A stretch of DNA of 64,000 nt. Source: Yuukianura sp. NJ FZ-2021. Lineage: Eukaryota. Shown one piece after another: positions 49,542 to 62,678 of the stretch. The stretch spans positions 558,001-622,000 of the forward strand of contig CM102283.1 of NCBI GenBank assembly GCA_046563655.1, written 5' to 3'. Every line of letters begins with the position of its first letter. Positions within the stretch are counted from its first letter, which is position 1. A model generated the notes under the pieces. The model had not been told where the DNA came from, made no database searches, and was given only the letters and a program-made list of their open reading frames with translations. A program made the translations under genes and the position numbers.

Positions 49542-51534
49542 ATGTCAGGTCGAAGCAGCGTAAGTTAACTTGTCAATTACTAATACTAACTTCAGTTTAA
49601 GTTGGATTTAATAAAAGTTTTTGATTTGCAGCCAAAGTTGATGAAAGGAGGAAACTACATTCGAGAAGGAAATGACAAAAGTACTTGCATCATTTTCTCA
49701 CTCCGAGAAGAAGTAGGAGCACTGGCTGCAGCTCTCCAAATTTTCAAGGTTCGTCAAGCTCAACTCAGTTTGAGTAATCAATGTTTGTGTTATTACGGAT
49801 TAATTGATTTGCTTTACTTTTTGGATTTAGACTCACAATGTCAATTTGACCCACATTGAGTCCCGGTCAGCCAAAAGGAGTGACCGAGAGTATGAGTTCA
49901 TCGTGGAATTTGAAACGGATGGTGGGAATGTCACGTCGGCTTTGGATCAGTTGCGAGAGGCCAGTTCTTACATGACGGTCATTTCACGCAATTATCTCAA
50001 CAACTCGGGTAATTTTCGTGAAAATGGATTTTTCAAAAAAGTTTTTGAAAAAATGTTTTTTGTTGTGATTTTCAGATGTGACACCATGGTTCCCCAGGAA
50101 GATTCGAGATTTGGATCGTTTTGCTGACCAAATTTTGTCGTATGGCTCAGAACTTGACGCTGACCATCCAGGGTTCACTGACCCCGTGTACAGGGCAAGG
50201 AGAGCAAAGTTGGCTGATGTGGCATTCAACTACAAATAGTAACTGGGCGATACATTAATTTACATTAATTAATTGTATTGATTAATATTTTATGTTAATT
50301 TAATTGCAGTGGAGAGAAGATTCCGCGTGTGGAGTACACTCAGGAGGAAGTTGAAACATGGGGAAAAGTGTTTCGTCAGTTGACGAAGCTGTACCCCACG
50401 CATGCGTGTCGGGAACACAATCACATCTTCCCGTTGCTCATTGAAAACTGTGGCTACCGTGAAGACAACATTCCACAGCTTCAGGATATCTCGGAATTCC
50501 TCAAAGGTAAGTACTAGATGAATGATTTTGAGTTTTTCAACTTTTTGAAAATTTCAGGGTTTTACGAAAAAACTGAATTTTCTGTTTATGTAGTACATTT
50601 TCTAATTTAAAATTGTTTTAGATTGTACTGGATTTACGCTTCGACCAGTCGCAGGACTTCTGTCATCCCGTGATTTTCTAGCTGGTCTTGCCTTTCGTGT
50701 CTTCCATTCTACGCAGTACATCCGCCATCACAGCACACCGTACTACACTCCAGAGCCGTAAGAACGTTTACTCTGACGCTAAAATGTAGGATTTTGAAAA
50801 GTTAAAAAACAATACTAGATTTGACCTTTTACATTCTTTTCGTTCCAGAGACGTTTGTCATGAACTCTTGGGTCATGTTCCCCTGTTTGCTGATCCGGAC
50901 TTTGCCCAGTTTTCTCAGGAAATTGGACTCGCATCGCTCGGAGCACCAGATGAGGACATCAAGAAACTGGCTACTGTAAGGAATTAGCAGTTTTTCAAAT
51001 GTTTTTCAACTTTGAACACAAAATGATAATTTTTGTTGCGAATTTCAATTGCAGTGCTACTGGTTCACGGTAGAATTTGGACTGTGTCGTCAAGATGGCG
51101 TTGTGAAGGCTTTTGGAGCTGGTCTTCTCAGTTCCTACGGAGAATTGGAATACTGCTTGAGTGACAAGCCAGAACTGCGACCTTTTGACCCGCCCAAAAC
51201 TGGAATCCAAGATTACCCAATCACAGAGTACCAACCAGTTTACTATGTCGCCGAGAGCTTCCATGATGCCAAGGAAAGATTGATGTAAGTCCAATTAGTT
51301 TAAATTGAATTATAAATTATGAATTTACAAACTATTCTAACAATGGATCAATACTTTGTTTGTTACAGGAAATTTGCTGAGACAATTGAGCGTCCATTTG
51401 GGGTCCACTACAATGCTTACACGAACAGTGTCGAGATTCTGGATTCCAAGAAACAACTGGAAAATATTTTGGGCGACATCAAACAAGAAATTTGTCGTGT
51501 CCAAACATCCATCAACAATGTCAACTTCGTCTAA
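49542..51534 (+). CDS. PAH: Phenylalanine 4-hydroxylase (Henna), about 9 exons
   Basis: [14 protein letters not shown] (ACT domain), [51 protein letters not shown]. Confidence 0.95.
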
Positions 51535-51773
51535 AAATAGAAATGCTTACTTGATTTTCGTGTTTGAATTACTTCTATGAATTTCTAAATCATATTTCAA
51601 TCAAAATATATTACGCCTTCAAGGTTCGTGAAATCCAAAATTTGTCCATTACCAAAAATAAAACATGATTATGCATATTTGTAACCAATGCTGTTAGTGG
51701 TCTGAGTTTAATTGCAAACAATTTGTCAATTTGAAACAAAAAAAATTCTGAAAAACTATGTGCATGTTAGGAA

Positions 51774-52287
51774 TTATTTTCCAATTTTGAATATAATGCC
51801 TCCATCCACACTATTCCATCCAGAATTTGGTTAAAATTGAATGGCCAGTCATCCCTGAAATTCGAAATAATGAATATTTTTGTAAAACATTCTTACTAAT
51901 TTTTTTTGCAACAAATCTCCTCGGCAGAAGTCAGAATTTCAAACTTTGAACTGTTTAGAACTCAGGTGAATGTCCTACATACTTGATATTTTTGGCGGAA
52001 TATGGAGCGCCGTAACTGGTAGATGGTGAACCGTAGTAGACATTTGCACCAGAATAGCCGTAGTAACTGAGGTAATAAAAGTAGTAGAAAATGAGTGCTG
52101 CTCCTGATATTAGAAACAGTATGGACAGGACGCCGATGGCAATGTTCCAAATGTTCTGCGACACGATGCTGGCCCACAAAATTTCGAATACTGCCAATTG
52201 TCTGTCTGTCCCTAAGCTCAAACTATGTTTTTCCACTACCGGGTTGCTAAATTTTTCAAGAAATTCCAATATTTGTTGAAGCTTCAT
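51774..52287 (-). CDS. Small single-pass membrane protein with a Tyr/Gly/Ser-rich segment, 2 exons
   Basis: Hydrophobic IAIGVLSILFLISGAALIFYYF; in-frame second exon DDWPFNFNQILDGIVWMEALYSKIGK*. Confidence 0.55.
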
Positions 52288-53134
52288 TTTCCGAGCGTTG
52301 ATAAAATTGAAAGATTATGAAAACCCGTTCTGAGCGTGGCCACTTTGTGAAAGGTTTTTAAGATCTTAAAATGCATTTAGGTTTAAACCGTAGTCACTGT
52401 AAATTTTACTCCCAAATAATACTATTATGCAGCAGCATAATTACCTGTTCCTACAAGTTTAATTGCTTTTCTAAGCTAAACTGTCACATTGAAGTGCGCA
52501 TTGTTTTTGCTAAATGTGACTGTATCGAGTCTTTGGTTATAATTTCCTCCAAGCCCATGTTCCTTCCAAAAATGAGTCAAAATTTTGAATAAAAAAAGCA
52601 ACAAAGTTTGTTCTTTTTAAACTTGTTTGTTTTGAATTCTAAATTTCTTAGTCGTTTCGTATTGGAATTTTTTGGTATTGAATGCGTGTTGAATTGTCTC
52701 CGGCGGAGATTCATAAAGTTGTATAAGCTAAAGTTGTTTTTCTTTTTCAAAGTAATTTCAAAAATGAATTGAATAAGCCGGTTGTAAACCGCCCGCATCC
52801 ATAATAATAATAGCTCAGGGAATGCGGGGGTTTTTTCAACCTTACAAAATGAAATTGGAATGTCCCGTGCCTAGAAAAGAGAGTTTAAACGAGTAAGAAC
52901 CGGAGACTGACCGGTTTCCATCTATTTTCCGCCGCTATAAGAAAGTCCTCTCATTCCTGCTTGACACTTGCCCCAATCCACCCCTACTATAGTAGACTAT
53001 ACAGTTTACTTTTACTATAGTACAAACGTTACCAAATTACATTTAAAGTTAGCTGAATTCAGAAAGTAACGTTGTATCGGATCCGGACAACAAAACATCA
53101 GTCACCAACGGTAACTTAATCACGTGTACGAGCA

Positions 53135-55028
53135 ATGGCTGAAGAAGTACATGGAGTTGGAATAGATGATCTTCCACAAGAGGTAAACTGTTAAAATGAA
53201 CTAACTCAATTTAACGTAGTAATTGATGCTCAGTTGATAAACAACATTCATCCATCGATGGCTCATCTAAACTTTTATTTCTGAATTCCAGCTTCTCGTG
53301 AAATGCTTGGATTACTTACCACTGAAGGATTTGCTAAACGTTCGTCTCGTTTCTCAACAATTTTATGTTGCATCGGGGGATTCATGTCGATCTCATCGCA
53401 ACGTTGGCATCTATTCCTTCGGATTTTATAAGTCGCCGGACGTCGTGCTTAGTGCCTTTCCCGACAAACGTAACCTGCCATGGTCTTCCATTGACGTGAC
53501 AATTTCGAGTGGCTACGTAGGTACCTGCGTGAATCGAAAAATAGCTGATGCATATGGAGACAACATTTGTTCGCTTGAAGTACATGTTGATGACCCAAAC
53601 TACGACAACCTTCTGTACATGATGTACCGCATGCCAAATCTGCAAGTTCTGACGTTCAATCACCACCAATCTTCAAACGCGTGGTTAAGCAAACCTAACG
53701 AAGAAGGAGAGGATGAGGAACGGTATTATCACTTACGCTTTTCACCGATGGACGGGGAAGAGCAAATTACACTCCCTTCTCTCCGTGAAATAGAGGTTTG
53801 CGGACTTGGAGTTGATTTTGGAGTGGACTTGGATTTTCTGGAGTTCGTTCTAAAGCGCACGGGAAGATGTCTAACTGAATTTCGTCTCGAGGTTAATTAC
53901 GAAGCACCAGCACAACCGATATCCAGATTGCTAGAACTTACTGTTAATGTAGCGAGAATCTCCTTGGAGCTACATTATCCTGCCAACGAAGAAGTACTCT
54001 GGGAAAAATTATCGCAGTATAAAAATTCAAATATACGGGTGATGTCTGTCCGTATTACCCACAGACGTGGAGTGGATCCAAGGCCAGTGCTATTTGAGCA
54101 TCTGGAGCAGTTCATTGCCAACTGTCAACAACTGCAAAGACTTTACTTGGAATGGTGTCGTGGTAACCTGGAGTGGACGGGGCCAGTTCCGCGCCTTCCC
54201 CCAATTCCAACACTGGAATTACTTGATCTGACGTACTTGTTCCATCTCCGAGGAGGTGTAGAAACGGTGGCAGTTTCCAAATTTCCGTTTCCGTTGCACA
54301 GTGGTAACATCTCTCCACAATACTTTCCAGCTCTCAAGGAGGTCCATCTGCGGATGAATGATTCATGTGGAATCCAACCCGTCGACTATCGTCACTTATT
54401 TATATCTGATCCAGAAGCAAAGTTTACTAAAGTGAAGAAACTCACTGTGCAGTCCTACAATCTACGGGATGACTGGTACACTATCTTCCCCAATCTTCAA
54501 GTTTTAAATTGTTCTGTTGGAGACCCAAGGTGCTTGGAAGATATTTTCAAGGAAAGGAAAACTGTCACGGAGTTGTCTATTCTGATGGACCTTGGGTCAG
54601 CAGTCATTGAGGATTTCGACATCGCCCTTTTTAGATTCATGAAGCCATCAAGTATGTCAGGTAAGAAATATGTGCTTGAGAACCTGTTAATTGAATAATT
54701 CCAACTGAATTTCGCTCTGCTGCTTAACAGGTATAAATAGACTGACGGTTGCGGGTCCCTTTCGAACAAGATATTCAATATCCGAGTCTGCCGCCATTTT
54801 GTTCTCGCTCCTCCCCCGATTGGATTTTTTACAACTTTTATGGCTTGGCAAGGTGAGATTCTGTAAAGAAGAAACAAAGTTTCGCTCATTCATCCATGTT
54901 TTTGTTTTCTTTTACATTTTTTTTTCTTTTATGTAATCTAGATTTCAGAGGTCTGCCGAGAGAGAATTCGGGAACAGCATAGCGTTGTCGTGTTTTCAAG
55001 CAGACATATTTCATTTACTTTCTACTAA
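53135..55028 (+). CDS. F-box protein with an LRR-like body, 4 exons
   Basis: IDDLPQE|LLVKCLDYLPLKDLLNVRLVS; LxxLxL repeats; exons 53135-53182, 53292-54660, 54731-54852, 54942-55028. Confidence 0.85.
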
Positions 55029-55839
55029 ACATAAGCTTGCTGGGTCTAGTAGCATTAATTATGGATAACCCTTCTAGATTTAGGGACACAATTCAAAACT
55101 CTCCTACACCACATATGGACAAACCCAATTTAATGTACTCGCATCCAATGAACAGCTGATGGCAGTACAGTAAATTTCCATAAACGGTTTAATCTTGCGA
55201 TAATTTTAAAATAAGTTAAAAATAATTTTCAATCAAATTCGACGATTTCCTGACTACGAATTAGCTTAGTTTTTCTAAATTAAGTGTCCTTTTGAAATGC
55301 CCATTTCCGGTTTAGTTGTTGTAAAATATCTCAACACGTACACAGGGCCCCAAAAACAAATAGTTTTTTTTTATAACTGTCCATATGTGATGTGAATAGT
55401 TTGCCCGTATGCGTTACCAAAGTCCCTAACTTTTATTTGGTATATGGTAGGTAATGCTACTAAACCCAACTCAAACCAAAATTTAAATCCAAAATTTCCA
55501 CCTCAAATAAATTTTTCTTAATTCGGATATATCGTCTTGTTGTGCCAATCTGAAAAACTTCTTTAGTTGCTTGAGTGGTTGAAACTTTGTTCTGATGTCG
55601 TGTTTGATTGAAGTTGTGCTTCTGACTGTAAGTTTAATTTTCATATTCATATTCATTCAAATACAAATAATGTTTCATGTTCATTTTTTAAACTATACTT
55701 GACGTTTGGTGAACAAGACGAAACCGACGAATCCTTTCGCCCAACGAGCTACAAAGGAAGCTTCCAGACGACGCTGTTCCACAGCAGTTGGGTCAATCGG
55801 ACAAGCGGTCAATCGGTCAATCGTTGGAGCAAATGATTA

Positions 55840-56018
55840 TTACCTTGACCTTTGACCCGGAAGGAGTTGACACACGGGGGTCATATTCAATAGCGTAGTC
55901 GGGGTCATGGGATGCTGATAGGTGAAAACCGGAATCAAATCGGACCAGTAGTTTCCGAGGTACATGATCCGGGCGGACAGACAGACAGACACACAGACAC
56001 CACTTTTATCATAATAGC
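55840..56018 (-). mobile_element. Fragment of the Helitron-like family seen at 23681
   Basis: ATCGGACCAGTAGTTTCCGAG nearly matches the reverse complement of about 23744-23765; GACA tract; TGACCT motifs. Confidence 0.55.
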
Positions 56019-56743
56019 GAAGCTATTATAATAAACGAATAATCAACTGACGACTTTGCCATTTTACAGAATGAAAACGGAAGGTCTAAAAATACTAAAA
56101 GACATTGTGATTTTTGTTTCGACATTAATCCTGACCTAACATAAATCCAGTACGCCTCGTCTCGCAATGAAAGGTTTTTCTTTACATCGAATTTCACAGT
56201 TTGCCAACTCGTAAACGTTTAACACCTTTTCATTACTTCAACAATTTAAAAAGAGTTTGAAAAAAAAGAAGAAGAGCATTAGGCTTCAAGACTGAAACCG
56301 TTAAATCAACCCGGGAAAAATTATTCGCAAGCAGTTCTTATGTACAAAATCCTAAGTTTAGACACGCTTGGCTAAATCATAATTTCTAATGTTAGTCAAG
56401 ATCCGGCTCCGAATTTTAGGCACTTAATCAAGACCAGCTCAATACGACTTTAATTTCCAATTAGTTATTAATTTATTAAAATATTCACTAAAACTAAAAC
56501 CCTCACTCTTCTTTTAAATTCCGTCAGCACTTAAACTTGAAATTGACAAGGTCGCGAAAATCTACGTCAGAAAAGTCCTACAGTCGTGTTTACAAATTAA
56601 TTATGGTTGATCTACATTAATAGCTGACCTATTTAAGCCCAAATTTTTAAAGCCTCAAAATTGCATTCCAGAAAGCATTTAACGTGCAACTTGTCTTCGC
56701 TTTGGATTTGAAATCTGAATTTTCAAACTTTGATGTTTGAAAC

Positions 56744-57517
56744 ATGTCCCCTTTCCTGCATACCTTGAGTTTGGCGTTAGTTTTTCTTGTAATTGTGACA
56801 GGTTCAAGCGGACTCTCGCAGTATCCAGTTTGTATTCCAACCAAAGGTTAGCATGGCTTTAATTAAAATTAAAAACCTTTCAAATATATGTTGAAATTAA
56901 TAATACTTTTTATTTCAAATTTTCAACTCAACTTAGAATGTCCAAATAATGCAGTAGTCTTTCGCACTCCGAACGTCAATGTTCCGCCAACCCATGCAAT
57001 TTATGAGTTTGGTTTGGATGAAAACGGACAACGCTTGCGCATTTGTCGAGCCAACGTAACTGGGCCCAACGGAACTTGGACAATGTACTTTGGGAAAGGA
57101 ATTGAAGCTGGACGTTGGGTGAATAACAACTGGGTGTATTACACTTGCTGGGTAAGTGCTGCCAACGGGTCAGAGGTTGCAGTGAACGAAAACAACAACA
57201 ACAGAGTCCAGTTCATGTACTACAACAGACAAGTTCAGTTGACTTGGATTCGAAAAAGTATTTTTCTGATACCGCCGAATACGACGACTCTTGTTCCGAA
57301 CCCGGTGGGCTCAACTCTCTCGTCCTCCGGACGACCATCCAACAGGAAATACTTCGTGGCCAAAGGAACTTATAGAAACGACGCTGATTATGACATTGAC
57401 ATGCCAGGCGTCGTTAGAGATGATGACCTCAGCATTGCAAAATTTACTTATGCTGATCAAACTTTGGAATTTACAGACTACTCTCTTCTGTTCTGCATGA
57501 ACGACAATTCCTATTAA
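56744..57517 (+). CDS. Secreted protein with DM9-like repeats, 2 exons (56744-56846, 56937-57517)
   Basis: Signal peptide MSPFLHTLSLALVFLVIVTGSSG; VPPTHAIYEFGLDENGQRLRICRA resembles DM9. Confidence 0.55.
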
Positions 57518-57888
57518 ACAAAATCATGGATTTGACACTTTTGGAATAAACTTTGCCAAATTATTCGGATAACCATTATGGAAAATATAATTTGGAATTA
57601 CAAAATAGGCACTGTTTATTATATTATTCACTTTAATAATTATATTAATTAGCCTCACTCTTATAAAAATCGACAAATTGTACTTTCTGGTTTACTGTAA
57701 ACGAGATATGTAATTAAATGTGATAGAAATTTTAGAAAAAGACAATAAATTCAAGATCCTTAGTTGCAATTTCGGATGAAATATTTCCATTTTATCGTTA
57801 CAAATTTTTAGCCTCCTTCTCCCAAAACCTAAGAAAACAAAAATGTATGAGCAGAATATGTATTGTGTTCAGCACAGGTTTTATATTC

Positions 57889-58128
57889 TTACGGCGTTTG
57901 ATCCGAATAGTAAACATCACCATCAAACAAGACGCGTGAATTTCTGTGTCCTTCGTTGGTTCCTGCGTCGTCGTAAGCCAAAATTGGCTGCTGAACGTGA
58001 TACCTCACGTACGGATCGTTCATGGAGTCAGCAGTAATGAGTGTTGGTGGTGCAGCGGAAATCAGCATGGGTGACGCTAAAAATGCCAAAAATCCAACTG
58101 CGCAAAAATAAAGCCCAAGCCCAGACAT
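57889..58128 (-). CDS. Small secreted peptide (79 aa), function unknown
   Basis: Signal peptide MSGLGLYFCAVGFLAFLASPMLISA. Confidence 0.45.
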   Translation of the reverse strand: MSGLGLYFCAVGFLAFLASPMLISAAPPTLITADSMNDPYVRYHVQQPILAYDDAGTNEGHRNSRVLFDGDVYYSDQTP

Positions 58129-58798
58129 GGTGAAAAAAAAGCAAAACCAAACTTTAAAAAAATGTAAGTTAAAAAAATTGGACTCTATACGGGTTATTTT
58201 TAATCGAGACAATAGGGAAGACTGAAAGATGCTTGAAATGCACCTCAGTCACAACCACAATCGTAACTCATCACAATTGAAGATTGAAAATGAAAATTCT
58301 AAAAATACAAATCGGTAATGTTTACTCCAAACAAATAGATTTGGCATTGAGATTTTTCTTTCAACACCATCCCAGTAGTGAATGGAATAATTATGCTGTA
58401 TGATGAAATTATTTTGCAATTCACACTTTGCAACTCACCAACCTTTTTTAGGATCTTCATCCATTCGTATCTTCTCACCACAAACGTAATGAAAAAGAAA
58501 TGGAAAATTTTTCGAAGATTTATGTTTCGTGGAGTACGTAACACAGAGTGGTTATGTAAGCTTGCATGCTTCATTATTACATAATTTCAATTAAACCAAA
58601 AGGTTAGCTGGTACATTAGTTATCGAAATCAGCTCATTACTTAAACTGTTTAGCGTGTAGCACTTTAACCTCAGCGGTAATCCAAAAACCGCATAAATTT
58701 AATTTGCAAAAATGGACTTGAGGTGGTATCTGCGATGTATATGCTTTGGAACTATTCAAAACCGTTTCTCACTTTGTTCTTGCCGTTCATTGAACATA

Positions 58799-60208
58799 AT
58801 GTGGTACTACTTGGAACAGCCAGGTCACTTAGTTGACCTCGTGACTTTTTACGTTCGTGGCGTAGGAAACAAGAATGAGTCGAAACTGATTCCATCAGAT
58901 GCCACTGAAGACTGGATTTGGGTCTACGAAAAGTTACGCGGAACGAGTCAAACATACTGTCTCTCTGTTCTAGCTTAACCCCTGAACTCCGCAACCCACT
59001 GACACTGTTCTACATTATTCTAAGAGCACTGGACTCCATTGGTAAGGTCAAACAAAAAAGGCTTAAAATTTGGGTTAACCTAACCTAATCTTAACCCTGT
59101 GGGGTTGCAGAGGATGATACGAAGCGATCAGTTGAAGATAAAAAGCCAGAACTTTTACAATTTTACAAACATCTTGATCAACATGGACACAAATTTAGTG
59201 GATGTGAGAATTTTACCTTAACTTAGACTTACTTACGTTTTTTTAACAAAATTTTTCATCTTTACAGATGGATCCACCCAGGAGGAAGTTGACCTCCTTG
59301 AAAATTTTGACCGGGTCATCAACTGTTTTCTGCAAATGGATCCAAAGTATCAGCAAATCATACGAACTGTTGCAGCAGAAATGGGCATTGGCATGGCCAA
59401 GTATATAGACAAGGAAATTGTAACTTTTTGCCAATGGACGGAATACAGTCATTATGCTGCAGGTCTCGTCGGTCAGGGTCTGTGTCAGTTCAGCGTCGCT
59501 GCAGGGATTTGCTCATTTCCTGATTTTTCAACTGACGTGATTAATGACAATACGGCGGTGCAAATCAAAAACGACGTGGAGTTAAATCAAACTGTACCGC
59601 CCAAAATCCTTCGACTTTTTGACTCCATTGGCATCTTCTTGGACAAGCTTAGCATTATACGGGACATTGTTGAGGATCTGACGCAGTCTCCACCGCGCGT
59701 CTTCTGGCCCAAAGCTGTTTGGGCAAAATATGTTGAGCATGTGCTTATTGTAACGAACGACGCAAGTCCGTCGAATCCAGACGAAGTGGAAATCCAACAA
59801 CTAAAACGACTGGCTTGTCTTAACGAACTTATTACAAATGGAGTTAAGCATGTGATTGATTTGATTGATGCATTAGCCATGTGCAAGTGCGACACAGATC
59901 AAACATTGTACAATACAACTGGGTTCTTGGGTGTTATGACCTTTGCATCGTACTGTCGCTGTTACAACAATGACCAAGTATTTCGTACTACTTTCAAACT
60001 TTCAAAGGGGGAGACTTTGCAAATCCGAAAATTGTGCAAAAATTACTCCGGAATTTTGAAATTACTTATTCAGTATTCCAAAGAACTGAAGAGGAAGGCA
60101 CGCGGAGTTGTGAAAAACAATCCAGTGGATCCTAGCGCAACGGAACTAATGACATTTATGGACTATGTTATTGATAAGTGCAGACGCCATGATGTGAAAC
60201 CTTCTTAA
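58799..60208 (+). CDS. Divergent squalene-synthase-like (head-to-head isoprenoid synthase) gene, 3 exons (58799-59041, 59111-59203, 59268-60208), with a 1-nt frameshift near 58976
   Basis: FYIILRALDSIEDD, MGIGMA, YSHYAAGLVG, IIRDIVED, FWPKAVWAKY, CLNELITN and CYNNDQVF are colinear with FDFT1; upstream in-frame ATG at 58712. Confidence 0.9.
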
Positions 60209-60947
60209 AGTTGCTATTTAAAAAATAAAATAAAAACTACATCACTAATTAGTTGAAAAATTTGAAGGAAACGTTTTTATAATATGCTACCTACTAATTA
60301 AAACTTCTACTGGGACCACGTGATTTCACTTTATGAATTAACTGCTAAGCGAATTACTACTACAAAAGATCAATTATTTTAACAATTTATTAACAACGGC
60401 AGATTATTTTAACGTAAATTACGTTTGATTAAGCTTTTAATCATTAAGGGGAGGTTTTGTTTTCTCAACAACAACTTTCGGAGTAATTTGACTGTCGCAT
60501 TAATTTGTTTTGCAATTAATTCATTCGGTAAATTGTCATTCCCAACAGAGTATTAGGTTACAACTCGTGCTCTTTTTCAATCGACACGCAACGGAATCTT
60601 TAGCCCAGATAAAAACAAATCCTACTAAGCAATTTCAAAACTATTGGATCCTTTAACAATATTCCATTTTGCAATCAACTTTTAGAAATCTCTTAGAAGC
60701 TGAATCTCAAATGTTTTCGAAAATTTATATTCTTGAACAATAAGCAAATTCCAAATTCATTCAACCACAAAATATCACTGTACGTCCTTGAGCCCAAAAT
60801 GTTTGCAATTCCATGTGAGAAGTTAAATTTGAATTTTTCGTTCGAATGCCTCTAGCAGTTTAGAGTTTGGAACGAAACAAGTCAGAACGGGGTACATTGA
60901 GACTAAAGTCAATTTTCAAATTTGGGGCTAAATTTGGAAATCGAAAA

Positions 60948-62678
60948 ATGCGACTGATCTTTGTGGTTGCCTTGCTATTTTTGGCATCTGTTAAAGCTCA
61001 GACGTCAACTTTTGAAAAAATTGACGCTCTGGAAAAGGCGTTGATCGCAAGGGGATTTCCGAGTAGAAATTTTGTGACACAGACGGACTATGAGTACATC
61101 TTCCTCAACGAGCCATGGCAACTCAAACCACCAGCAACACATCCGCTGGCCTTTGTTCTTCCGAGAAACGAACGTGATGTCATGGCAACAGTATCGTGGG
61201 CAGCAAAACTCGGACTTCGAATTGTGCCAAAGGGAGGTGGACATTCATTTGGAAAGTATTCATATGGAGACGACAATTCCGTTGTTCTGGATTTGCGCTT
61301 GCTCAACTTCGTGGAGGTAAATTCAAAGTCTCACACGGCGTCGGTGGGGCCTGGACTTTTGGTGGGACAGCTCGGATGGCGTTTGTGGGAAGCAGCAAAA
61401 GTCATGACTCCGACACCATTTTGTCCCACCGTTGGAATAGGAGGTGAGGAATTCAATATTTTATTGTTTAGATTTACTTGCAACGTTTTATCTTGAACTT
61501 TTCGATGTACGACATTTGTTTTTATTGAAAAAAAAATTTGAGGCAATTTCTGTTTTTTTTTCAACTTTTTTTCTCTCAAATTGAAAAATCTAATATTGTA
61601 AAAATATTTCCTTTGCATAATAAAGTTTAATTGTTACATTTTTTAAGGGAGTGCACTTGGAGGAGGTCTTGGAAACTTTGCTGGAACGTATGGCCTGACC
61701 CTGGACAACATTGTGGAGCTACACGTTGTTAACGCATTGGGTCAAATGCTGGTGGTCAACTCAAGGTCAAACAGTGACCTGTTCTGGGCCATGCGTGGAG
61801 GAGGTCAGTCGCTGGGCATCGTCACGAAATACGTGTTTCGAACCTACCCCGCTCCTGAAGCCGTTTTCGAAGGAATTTTGAACTACAACATGACCGATTT
61901 CCCCAAGGTTGGAATGGCTTTTCAAAATCTCCAAGCAGCACAGACTTCACCCAGTGACTTCACGGCGGAATTACGTGTTGGAAACTCCACAAACTTTCGA
62001 GTCAGATTCACCGATGTGACTGGCACAGATCGGAATTTTGAAAAACTTCGAAAACTTTTTCCGCCAACTTCCGTTGTTACTAAAATTTCGCTTCCCTTTC
62101 CCGACTTCCTTTTTTATCAAGCCAAAACGCTTTCAAATGAATTGCTGCGAAACGACTCTCTATTGACCGTTCCATCAGATCTGGGGAAACTTTCACGCTT
62201 TTCTAGCCTGCCTGTCTACCAATTTCTCAAAAACTTCTACGTTCAAAAACCTGTGGGGATTTTTCCTTGGTTCCTGCTTGGAGCTTTACTTGAAACGATG
62301 CCCAACAATACTGCGGTGTGGTTCCCCGGTTATGGAGGCGCTGTGAGATCTGTGCAAATCAATGACACTGCTTTTGTGCATAGAGGACCGACATTGTATC
62401 TGGCTGCGGCGAATTACGAGGTCACTGACCCGTCTGATGAACAACAAAACCAAGTTGGCCAAACTTTCGTTGAAAATTTTTATGACCTTGGACTTCGAAT
62501 TTTCAACCACACCGAGTCGTATCAAAACTACATCGACCCGGAAATGCCCGACTACTTGGCTCGCTACTACGGCAGCAACTTGGACCAACTTGTTCAAGTT
62601 AAAGCAAAGTACGACCCAGGAAATTTTTTCAACAATCCACAATCTATTCCTGTCAAACTCAACCAACCAATAATTTAA
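60948..62678 (+). CDS. Secreted berberine-bridge-enzyme-like FAD oxidoreductase, 2 exons (60948-61443, 61648-62678)
   Basis: Signal peptide, KGGGHSF, CPTVGIGG, DLFWAMRGGG, YQNYID...YYGSNLDQLVQVKAKYDPGNFF. Confidence 0.92.
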
